Notes under the pieces: generated by a model
Seen by the model: only the letters and a program-made list of their open reading frames with translations
What the model was told of the DNA's origin: nothing
The model's database searches: none
Assembly (NCBI GenBank): GCA_963676795.2
Contig: CAXXTB010000002.1
Coordinates: forward strand, 2,208,001-2,272,000
Direction of reading: 5' to 3'
Length of the DNA: 64,000 nt
DNA from: Geopsychrobacteraceae bacterium
Lineage (GTDB): Bacteria; Desulfobacterota; Desulfuromonadia; Desulfuromonadales; Geopsychrobacteraceae
Made by a program: the position numbers and the translations under genes
Part shown: piece by piece, positions 1 to 7,900 of the stretch
Layout: every line of letters begins with the position of its first letter
Position numbering within the stretch: the first letter of the stretch is position 1

Positions 1-1287
1 TCCTTCCTGCCTAAGACCTTCATCCCCAAGGCGATCCTCGAAGGCAAGTGCGACTGGTACGGCTGTGAATCGGAAACCGCCAACCGCACCAACCAGTTCG
101 TCCATTACAAGTATCCGGCTGAAGGCTGCTCCAAGATCCACATGGTCTGGACCGATTCGCCCTCCTGGATCACCTGCTGGAACTCCGGCAACGACTACAT
201 CAAGGCGATGCGCCACGAGGATATCGAGTTCATCTTCGCCCAGCACCCCTGGATGGAGAACGATTGCCACATGGCCGACATCATCCTGCCGGTCAACACC
301 AAGCTCGAAGAGGACGATATCGCCGCCGATATCTTCAGCGGCCAGTACAACCTGCTCTTCCCCGAGCACAAGTGTATTGAACCCTTAGGCGAGTCCTATT
401 CCGACTACGAGATCGCCTGCATGATCGCCGAGCGCCTGGGCTTGCTCGAAGAGTACACCGAAGGCAAATCGATCCCTGACCTGATCAAGTACGGCTGGGA
501 GACCTCACGCTGTGCCGACCTGATCAGCTGGGAAGAGTTGAATGAAAAAGGCTATTACGTGGTGCCAACGGCCGAGAACTGGGAAGACGTTCCGGCCGGA
601 TTCTACAACTTCTACAAGGATCCGAAGAAGTATCCGCTGACCACCCCGAGCGGGCTGCTCGAATTCGAATCGACCGGACTGGCTCAGCATTTCCCGGATG
701 ACAAGGAACGTCCGCCGGTGCCGAAGTGGGTGGCCAAGGGACCACTCCACGAAGAAACCCTGGAAACCGAGCGCGGCAAGAAATACCCGCTCCTGGTCGT
801 TTCCAACCACCCGCGCTGGAGTGTCCACTCCCAGCACGAGGACATCACCTGGTTGCGTGAGATCGAAACCTGCAAGGTCACCGGCCCCGACGGTTACCAG
901 TATCATCCGGTCTGGCTCAACCCGCAGACCGCCGAGAAATACGGCATCAAGAACGGCGACATCGTCTCGATCTTCAACGAGCGCGGTACCGTGCTGGCCG
1001 GGGCCTATGTCACCGAGCGGATCATGCCGGAGGTTGTCTACATCGATCACGGTGCCAAGTGGGATCCGATCGTCTCCGGAGAGATCGACCGCGGCGGCGC
1101 GATCAATACCATCGTCCCGCGTAACGTCACCTCGAAGAATGCGGTCGGCCACGCCGTCTCCGGCTTCCTGGTCGATATCGAGAAGACCGACCTCGAGGGC
1201 CTGAAGCGCAAATATCCTGAAGCATTTGAACGGCCATTCCATCCGACGGCCGGTCCTGGCATTGATGCAGTGATAGGAGGTAAATAA
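1..1287 (+). CDS. Molybdopterin oxidoreductase (DMSO reductase family), pyrogallol hydroxytransferase large-subunit-like; 5' truncated by window edge
   Basis: Frame is open from base 1 (SFLPKTFIPK...KIHMVWTDSPSWITCWN). Contains ADIILP, TPSGLLEF and a C-terminal molydop-binding domain (SNHPRWSVHSQ, VWLNPQTAEKYGIKNGDIVSIFNERG). Coupled to a BthL-like beta subunit. Confidence 0.85.
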   Translation, partial: SFLPKTFIPKAILEGKCDWYGCESETANRTNQFVHYKYPAEGCSKIHMVWTDSPSWITCWNSGNDYIKAMRHEDIEFIFAQHPWMENDCHMADIILPVNTKLEEDDIAADIFSGQYNLLFPEHKCIEPLGESYSDYEIACMIAERLGLLEEYTEGKSIPDLIKYGWETSRCADLISWEELNEKGYYVVPTAENWEDVPAGFYNFYKDPKKYPLTTPSGLLEFESTGLAQHFPDDKERPPVPKWVAKGPLHEETLETERGKKYPLLVVSNHPRWSVHSQHEDITWLREIETCKVTGPDGYQYHPVWLNPQTAEKYGIKNGDIVSIFNERGTVLAGAYVTERIMPEVVYIDHGAKWDPIVSGEIDRGGAINTIVPRNVTSKNAVGHAVSGFLVDIEKTDLEGLKRKYPEAFERPFHPTAGPGIDAVIGGK

Positions 1288-2114
1288 TGGGCAAGGTGAT
1301 GATTCTCGACTACAACAAGTGTAACGGCTGCTACAACTGCCAGGTGGCCTGCAAGGATGAACATGTCGGCAACGACTGGTCACCGATCGCCAGACCCCAG
1401 CCCGACACCGGTCAGTTCTGGAACAGGATCAGGGACAACGTCCGTGGCCAGGTGCCGAAGGTGCGGGTCACCTACGAACACTCCATGTGCCAGCACTGCG
1501 AGGAGGCCCCCTGCATCGACGCCTGTAACAATCAGGCGATCTACAAGCGCGACGACGGCATCATCATCATCGATCCGGACAAGTGCGGCGGCCACCAGAT
1601 GTGCATCTCGGCCTGTCCTTACGACGATGTGCTTTACTTCAACGACTCGCTGAACATCATGCAGAAGTGCACCATGTGCGCCCATCTGCTCGATGTCGGG
1701 GAGATTCCCCGCTGCGTCGACGCCTGCCCGACCGATGCGATGGTCTTCGGTGACGAGGATGATCCGAAGATCAAGGCGCTGATCGCCCAGGCCGAACCGC
1801 TCAAACCTGAAGCCGACGTCAAACCACGCGTTTTCTACATCGGCCTGCCGAAACGTTTCATCGCCGGGGCGGTCTACGATCCGGCCGAAGACAGGTGCAC
1901 CCTGGGCGCCAAGGTCACCGCCACCAACCTGGCCACCGGGGCCGTAGAAACCGTGGAGACCGACAGTTACGGTGACTTCTGGTTCAACAAGCTGGAGAAG
2001 GGTGAGTACTCGGTGCTGATCGAAAAAGACGGCTACCGCGATCAGTTCATAAGCCCCGTCGATGTCAGCGAAAAAGATCTCAACATCGGCGATATCAAAA
2101 TGTTCAAGAAGTAA
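1287..2114 (+). CDS. Fe-S beta subunit of molybdoenzyme (4Fe-4S dicluster plus C-terminal beta-sandwich domain), transhydroxylase small-subunit-like
   Basis: CNGCYNCQVAC, CQHCEEAPCIDAC, CGGHQMCISAC and CTMCAH..CVDAC motifs. C-terminal ETDSYGDFWFNKLEKGEYSV domain. TAATG overlap with the upstream gene. Confidence 0.88.
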   Translation: MGKVMILDYNKCNGCYNCQVACKDEHVGNDWSPIARPQPDTGQFWNRIRDNVRGQVPKVRVTYEHSMCQHCEEAPCIDACNNQAIYKRDDGIIIIDPDKCGGHQMCISACPYDDVLYFNDSLNIMQKCTMCAHLLDVGEIPRCVDACPTDAMVFGDEDDPKIKALIAQAEPLKPEADVKPRVFYIGLPKRFIAGAVYDPAEDRCTLGAKVTATNLATGAVETVETDSYGDFWFNKLEKGEYSVLIEKDGYRDQFISPVDVSEKDLNIGDIKMFKK

Positions 2115-2127
2115 CAACAGCAAAACT

Positions 2128-2158
2128 GGGGAGCCGCAATGCTGCGGCTCCCCTTTTT
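2128..2158 (+). terminator. Rho-independent terminator
   Basis: GGGGAGCCGCA-ATGC-TGCGGCTCCCC followed by TTTTT, just after the beta-subunit stop. Confidence 0.8.
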
Positions 2159-2203
2159 GTCTTAACGGCCTGCTCATCCACACCTGGCCGTAACATCAAA
2201 GCT

Positions 2204-3760
2204 TCATTTCGGATCCGTCATCTGCCCAATACTGGCCGATTCAAACATTTCCGCCATTGTCTCGTGATCGTAGACCTGGATATGCCCCTTGCCATGTTTC
2301 TTGGCGTAATACATCGCAGCATCAGCGTGCTCCAGCAAGTCCCCCAGTTCCTTGGCATCCAGCGGATAGAGCGAAATCCCCACACTGCCAGCCACAGTAA
2401 TCTTGTGCCCTTCAACCACCTGGGGCTCAATCAAACGCCGGAGTAGCTCTTCGACAAGAGGAATGACATCTTTTCTGCCATGAACCTGTTCAATCAACAG
2501 AACAAACTCGTCACCACCGATACGGGCAACAGTATCAATCCCCCGGACACCCGACTGCAGAACCTGGCCGACATTTTTCAGGACCAGATCTCCGATTCGG
2601 TGCCCCAGGGAATCGTTGATCTCCTTAAAGCCATCGAGATCGAGCAGAACAACCGCAAGTTTCTGACTGAACCGTTTGGCCCGTTCAATCCCTTTCTGAA
2701 TCTGACTCTGCAGATAGGTACGATTCGGCAAACCGGTCAGAACATCGTAAAGGGCAAGGTATTCGAGACGGCTCGCTCCTTCCTTGAGAGCTGAAATATC
2801 GCGAATAATAGCGACATGCCGGCAGATCTTACCCGAGTCATCTCGGATAAGAAAAATATAACTCAACTGATAGTAGACCGAACCATCCTTGCGACGGTTG
2901 ATGAACTCACCTGTCCAATGATCTTTTTTGTAAAGGTCTCGCCAGAAGTTTTCATAAAAAAGCGGTTCAAGATGTGTTGATTTCAGGATAGACGGAGTAT
3001 GCCCCTTGATATCTTCCTCACTGTAACCGGTAATCTTTTCAAAGGCCGGGTTCAGATCGACAACCTTGTTATCCCGATCGGTAATCATGATCCCGTCATG
3101 GGTATTGCTGAAGAGTTCCTGAAAAACCTGAAGATGTTCTGTCTGCTTTTTGACGATCGCATCGATGCGGGCTTGTTCTATATTGGCTGTGCGTAAGGCT
3201 GGACGCAAGATAAACAGGGCTTCCAAAATCAGAGTCAACAGGGAACCGCTGAGAATATACCCCTCAAGACGCATCAGCCGGGCTGTTTTAGTATCGCTTT
3301 CCTGCTCGAAAGCGGCAACAGCTCCATCCAGTTCTGGCAACAAGCGGTTCGAATAATCCTGAACCTGATCCGCCAATTCCATATCCGGAGCAGCCAGATA
3401 GAGATCAAGCAATTCAAAATAACCGTTTACCTTGCTATCGAGCGCATCAGGAAAATAAAGCGCCCTGATCTTCGCTGAAGGAAGATGATCAACAAGATAG
3501 AGGTGATCCCTCTGCATCAGTTCCTTGAGTTCAACCAGGGCAATGAGATCAGCCTCATTCCTGCTCTGTAAATAATGATAGGCATAGAGCGACGTGCGCT
3601 GCGACAGCATTCGCTGCTTGCCGCTGACGTTGATCAATTCGGCATACTGCTGCTGCCCCTTGATCTGGGTCGACATGGTGATATAAGCAAAAACAGCCCA
3701 CATCGCCAGCAGACCAAAGCAGATCAGGTATGCCTGAGTCAATGTCAAGAATCTGCCCAT
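2204..3760 (-). CDS. Membrane diguanylate cyclase: PilJ/NarX-like periplasmic domain, PAS, GGDEF
   Basis: Two TM segments, INVSGKQRMLSQR P-box-like motif, PAS (NPAFEKITGYS), DVLTGLPNR, RGID I-site and RIGGDEF. Confidence 0.9.
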   Translation of the reverse strand: MGRFLTLTQAYLICFGLLAMWAVFAYITMSTQIKGQQQYAELINVSGKQRMLSQRTSLYAYHYLQSRNEADLIALVELKELMQRDHLYLVDHLPSAKIRALYFPDALDSKVNGYFELLDLYLAAPDMELADQVQDYSNRLLPELDGAVAAFEQESDTKTARLMRLEGYILSGSLLTLILEALFILRPALRTANIEQARIDAIVKKQTEHLQVFQELFSNTHDGIMITDRDNKVVDLNPAFEKITGYSEEDIKGHTPSILKSTHLEPLFYENFWRDLYKKDHWTGEFINRRKDGSVYYQLSYIFLIRDDSGKICRHVAIIRDISALKEGASRLEYLALYDVLTGLPNRTYLQSQIQKGIERAKRFSQKLAVVLLDLDGFKEINDSLGHRIGDLVLKNVGQVLQSGVRGIDTVARIGGDEFVLLIEQVHGRKDVIPLVEELLRRLIEPQVVEGHKITVAGSVGISLYPLDAKELGDLLEHADAAMYYAKKHGKGHIQVYDHETMAEMFESASIGQMTDPK

Positions 3761-3842
3761 AAGACATCCGATAAAAAAAGGATGATTAATTTTACCCCAG
3801 AATCGGTCGATTGGTAGCTGGGCAGACGCGTAGAGTCGCTGT

Positions 3843-4241
3843 TTATCTGACTTTTTTCAGGGTTTGATCGTTCAGGTCAACCTGACGGTAAAAGCAACTC
3901 GTTCTGGCCTGACCTGTCTTAGGGTCTTTGGTGTGACAGGCGCCCGCCCCCTGCGGCTCAACCCGGTAGATCAAGGCGTCCTGGTCACAATCGGTGAGGA
4001 TCTCGACGACCTTGAGGAAATCCCCGGAGGTCTCGCCCTTGGTCCAGAGCGCGTTCCGGGATGTCGACCAGAAGGTCGCCATCCCTTTGGCCAAGGTGGT
4101 TTCCAGCGCTGCGCTGTTGACATAGGCCAGCATCAGAATGCGGCCGTCGCGCACATCCTGGACCACGGTCGGCACCAGCCCCCCGCGCTTGTCAAAATCG
4201 ATCAGCAGTTCTGTTCCCTCTTCCAGCAGTTGTTTATCCAT
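3843..4241 (-). CDS. hisI: Phosphoribosyl-AMP cyclohydrolase
   Basis: GLVPTVVQD, LMLAY, WSTSRNALWTKGETSG, DCDQDAL, ACHT and SCF motifs. Confidence 0.93.
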   Translation of the reverse strand: MDKQLLEEGTELLIDFDKRGGLVPTVVQDVRDGRILMLAYVNSAALETTLAKGMATFWSTSRNALWTKGETSGDFLKVVEILTDCDQDALIYRVEPQGAGACHTKDPKTGQARTSCFYRQVDLNDQTLKKVR

Positions 4242-4587
4242 CAGCTCGTCTCCCTGCGACTGTTGCTTCGGTGATTACATATCTGCGTGCATAAGTTGTC
4301 CCCAGGCACTGTCAACCACGCCATTCTGCCATGCGAACAGACCGACAGCAATCAAACATTCGCTATCGCCACGCAAGCTTGAAATCGACAAAATCATGGT
4401 CTTTACCGAATCTTTAAAAGAACGCTATCAACGCTTCATGGCGGAGGGGTATGCTTAGTGCTACATAAACAGCTGAGAGTGAAAATGATATTTTGACATT
4501 TTTGCTCTTTATCATACCGATAGCCTTTAGTAATTTGTCTGTCGGGCAGGATACAGCCCTGAAGACAACCGGAGGAGAAATATCACG

Positions 4588-5277
4588 ATGTCAGGCCGCA
4601 CAAAAAAGATCCTGTTTTTCCTGGTCATTCTGATCCTGATCGGCCTGTTTTTTGTCTTCGATCTGCACCACTATCTGACCCTGGGCGAGCTCAAAGCGCG
4701 GCAGGAGGCCTTCAGCCAGTATTACAATGAGCATCAGCTGCTGAGCCTGGAGGTTTACTTTATCCTCTATGTCGTCGTAACCGCCCTGTCGCTGCCGGGA
4801 GCGGCAGTCATGTCGCTGGCCGGAGCGGCACTGTTCGGCTTCTGGCCGGCATTGGTCGTCGTCTCTTTTGCCAGCAGCATCGGTGCGACCCTCGCCTTCC
4901 TGATCAGCCGTTTTCTGCTACGCGACTGGGTTCAGGGACGTTTCGGTGAGCGCCTCAATGTCATCAACCAGGGAATCGCCCGGGAAGGGGCCTTCTACCT
5001 CTTTTCCCTGCGCCTGGTGCCGATCTTCCCCTTCTTTGTCATCAACCTGGTCTTTGGCCTGACCCCTCTTAAGACACGCACCTTCTACTGGGTCAGCCAG
5101 CTCGGCATGCTCGCCGGGACCATCGTCTTTATCAATGCCGGAACCCAGCTGGGCCAGATTGAATCCCTGGCGGGGATTCTGTCGCCGAAACTGTGGATCT
5201 CCTTCGTCATTCTCGGAATTTTCCCCCTGTTGTCTAAAAAACTGCTCGTTTTCTACAAACAGCGCAGGTCGCCATGA
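4588..5277 (+). CDS. TVP38/TMEM64 (DedA/SNARE-associated) membrane protein
   Basis: Hydrophobic, with ALSLPGA, FASSIGATLAFLISR and LRLVPIFPFFVINL motifs. GGAGG RBS. Confidence 0.88.
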   Translation: MSGRTKKILFFLVILILIGLFFVFDLHHYLTLGELKARQEAFSQYYNEHQLLSLEVYFILYVVVTALSLPGAAVMSLAGAALFGFWPALVVVSFASSIGATLAFLISRFLLRDWVQGRFGERLNVINQGIAREGAFYLFSLRLVPIFPFFVINLVFGLTPLKTRTFYWVSQLGMLAGTIVFINAGTQLGQIESLAGILSPKLWISFVILGIFPLLSKKLLVFYKQRRSP

Positions 5278-6728
5278 AATATGCGAAGCCGAAACACTTT
5301 GATTACAATCTGGTCGTCATCGGTGCCGGTAGCGCCGGGCTGGTCTCCGCCTATATTGCCGCAGCGGTAAAAGCCAAAGTTTTATTGATTGAGAAACACA
5401 GGATGGGGGGCGACTGCCTGAACACTGGCTGCGTCCCGAGTAAAGCCCTGCTCCGCAGCGCCAAGCTCCTCAACTACGGACGCCGGGCCAAGGAGTTCGG
5501 ATTTTCCAGGACAACGACAGAATTCGATTTCAGCGAGGTCATGGCGCGGGTCAGGCGGGTCATCAAGGAGATCGAACCGCACGATTCGATCGAGCGTTAC
5601 ACTCAGCTCGGGGTCGAATGTATCAAGGGGGAAGCGAAGCTCCTCAGCCCTTACCAGGTCGAGGTCAATGGCCGGGTTCTGACCACCCGCAGCATCATCA
5701 TCGCCAGCGGGGCCTCCCCCTTCATTCCACCGCTGCCGGGACTCGACCGGATCGACTACCTGACCTCCGAGAATCTCTGGGAACTTGAGGAGCTGCCGCA
5801 ACGGCTCGTCGTCCTCGGTGGCGGACCGATCGGTTGCGAGATGACCCAGGCATTTGCCCGCTTCGGCAGTTCAGTCACCCAGGTGGAAATGGCCGAGCGC
5901 CTGATGATCCGCGAAGACCCGGAGGTTTCAGACTTCATCAGCGCATGCTTTCAAGCTGAAGGAGTCCGCGTCCTGACCGGCCACAGGGCCAGGGAGATCA
6001 GGCAAAAGGGTGCGGAAAAATACCTGATCTGCGCGTATCAGGGGAGTGAAGTCGTCATCCCCTTTGATGCCATACTGATCGCCGTCGGTCGCAAAGCGAA
6101 TGTGAGCGGCTTTGGCCTGGAACAACTCGGGGTGCGGATCAGCGACTCAGGAACCATCGCGACCGATCCGCTGTTAAGAACCAATATCCCCAATATCTAC
6201 TGTGCCGGCGACGTGGCCGGTCCCTACCAGTTCACCCATACGGCGTCCCACCAGGCCTGGTACGCCACCGTTAATGCCCTGTTCAGACCGTTGAAAAGCT
6301 TTCGTGTCGACTACCGGGTCATTCCCTGGGTCACCTTTACCGACCCGGAGGTGGCCAGGGCCGGTCTCAACGAAGAAGAGGCGCGCAACCGGGGGATCGA
6401 CGTCGAAATAACCCGCTACCAGCTGAGTGAACTCGACAGGGCTATCGCCGAAGGGGAAAATCAGGGATTTATCAAGGTGATCACACCGCGTGGTAAAGAC
6501 AGGATTCTCGGCGCAACCATCGTCGGCCCGCACGCCGGTGAGAGCCTGGCTGAATTTGTCCTGGCCATGAAGCACGGCATCGGCCTGAACAAGATTCTCG
6601 CGACCATTCACCCCTACCCCACCCTGACTGAAGGAAACAAAGCCCTCGCCGGAATCTGGAGAAAGAATCATGCTCCTGAGCAACTGCTGAACTGGCTTGA
6701 AAAATTTCATAGCTGGCGGCGTCGATAA
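5274..6728 (+). CDS. Pyridine nucleotide-disulfide oxidoreductase (dihydrolipoamide dehydrogenase/MerA-like family)
   Basis: GAGSAG FAD motif, GGDCLNTGCVPSK redox disulfide, GGGPIG NAD motif, C-terminal HPYPTLTE. ATGA overlap with the upstream gene. Confidence 0.9.
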   Translation: MKYAKPKHFDYNLVVIGAGSAGLVSAYIAAAVKAKVLLIEKHRMGGDCLNTGCVPSKALLRSAKLLNYGRRAKEFGFSRTTTEFDFSEVMARVRRVIKEIEPHDSIERYTQLGVECIKGEAKLLSPYQVEVNGRVLTTRSIIIASGASPFIPPLPGLDRIDYLTSENLWELEELPQRLVVLGGGPIGCEMTQAFARFGSSVTQVEMAERLMIREDPEVSDFISACFQAEGVRVLTGHRAREIRQKGAEKYLICAYQGSEVVIPFDAILIAVGRKANVSGFGLEQLGVRISDSGTIATDPLLRTNIPNIYCAGDVAGPYQFTHTASHQAWYATVNALFRPLKSFRVDYRVIPWVTFTDPEVARAGLNEEEARNRGIDVEITRYQLSELDRAIAEGENQGFIKVITPRGKDRILGATIVGPHAGESLAEFVLAMKHGIGLNKILATIHPYPTLTEGNKALAGIWRKNHAPEQLLNWLEKFHSWRRR

Positions 6729-6904
6729 GTCCCCCGGACCGTCCAACTCCCCCTGCAATTTTTCTTGCAATATCAAAAAAAATTGCAGAGATAAAAACCC
6801 ACGCACTCTCAACGAGTTAAAGCGTATTTCATTCTATTTTATCAATATTCCTTGCACCCCTTTCAAATCTCCCGAAACCATTCCACCCCCGGATATTCAT
6901 CTAA

Positions 6905-6949
6905 TATCAACAACTTAAACATGTTTTATTAGCTGGCACAAATCATGTA
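6905..6949 (+). promoter_or_regulatory. Putative sigma-54 promoter with adjacent IHF site
   Basis: TGGCAC-AAATC-ATGTA at 6934-6949 (GG-N10-GT variant). TATCAA-CAAC-TTA at 6905-6917 matches WATCAANNNNTTR. Confidence 0.55.
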
Positions 6950-6989
6950 ATAAGGAAATGGTAATTAACATTTTTTCATGGAGCCCGCT

Positions 6990-7373
6990 ATGGGGAAAAT
7001 TCTCTTCTTCGAATCCAGAGACGACAGATTACGCCCCCTGCTTCAGCTGATGAGCATAGAGGGGCTCGAGATTACCCGTTCGAGAACCGTTGACGAAACC
7101 TGCTACTGGCTCCAGGCCGATAAGTTGCGTCTCGTATCTTTCGATTTATTACTGCTGAATGAACTACCGGCGAAAGAGCGTGAAAGGGAGATGATTCTCA
7201 GCTTAGCCGACGAATGCACCTTGCCGATCATCTTCGTCCGCCACCAGGGGCGGCACTTCGAAGATTGGTTCAGGGAAAAGATGATTACTTGCCACCCATC
7301 TGAACTTCTCGATTGTTTGGATTTATGTCTTGGATGGTCGGAAAACTTAACCAAAAAGGAGAACACGTTATGA
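6990..7373 (+). CDS. Receiver-like (pseudo-REC) domain protein
   Basis: KILFFE...FDLLLLNELP...LPIIFV follows the REC beta/alpha pattern. GGAG precedes ATG 6990 (alternative start 6978). Stop overlaps the cheW start. Confidence 0.55.
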   Translation: MGKILFFESRDDRLRPLLQLMSIEGLEITRSRTVDETCYWLQADKLRLVSFDLLLLNELPAKEREREMILSLADECTLPIIFVRHQGRHFEDWFREKMITCHPSELLDCLDLCLGWSENLTKKENTL

Positions 7374-7861
7374 CTCAAGCCGCCGTGGCACAGCGCATTG
7401 CCGACCTGGACTCACAGGACAGCATGCAGGGAATGTATCTGACCTTTGATCTTGCTGATGAAGGCTATGGTCTGGAAATTCGCTACGTGACTGAAATCAT
7501 CGGTATACAGCCGGTGACTTTCGTGCCGAGTATGCCGGAGCATGTGATCGGGGTTCTGAATCTTCGCGGCAAGGTGATTCCCATTATCGACGTCAGGCTC
7601 CGCTTTCAGCTCGAGGCAAGGGATTACGATGAAAGAACCTGCATTGTCGTTGTCAATGTCGGCGACGACTGCGTTGGACTGGTTGTCGATAAAGTCAATG
7701 AAGTGGTCGATATCCCCGAGTCGCAGATCGAACCGCCACCGGCAACGGCACGCCGGGAAAACAGCTATATCCAGGGGCTGGGAAAACTCAACACCAATGT
7801 GAAGATCCTTATTGATATCGAAGCCTTACTTGCAGAAGAAGAACTACAGGACTGTGCCTGA
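7370..7861 (+). CDS. cheW: Chemotaxis coupling protein CheW
   Basis: YLTFDL, YGLEIRYVTEII, GVLNLRGKVIPIIDVR and VGLVVDKVNEV motifs. AAGGAG RBS before ATG 7370. Confidence 0.93.
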   Translation: MTQAAVAQRIADLDSQDSMQGMYLTFDLADEGYGLEIRYVTEIIGIQPVTFVPSMPEHVIGVLNLRGKVIPIIDVRLRFQLEARDYDERTCIVVVNVGDDCVGLVVDKVNEVVDIPESQIEPPPATARRENSYIQGLGKLNTNVKILIDIEALLAEEELQDCA

Positions 7862-7900
7862 ACCACTAACAACATCATTTCTTAAGAGAAAGGGCAGACA

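Noticed and set aside
4284..4304. Paired DnaA-box-like sequences upstream of hisI (and single near-matches at about 16909 and 25725)
   Set aside because: Two mismatches each in the pair, sparse, and no origin-associated genes.
5274..6728. Mercuric reductase (merA) call
   Set aside because: No N-terminal HMA domain, no C-terminal Cys-Cys pair and no mer genes nearby. The C-terminus has HPYPTLTE.
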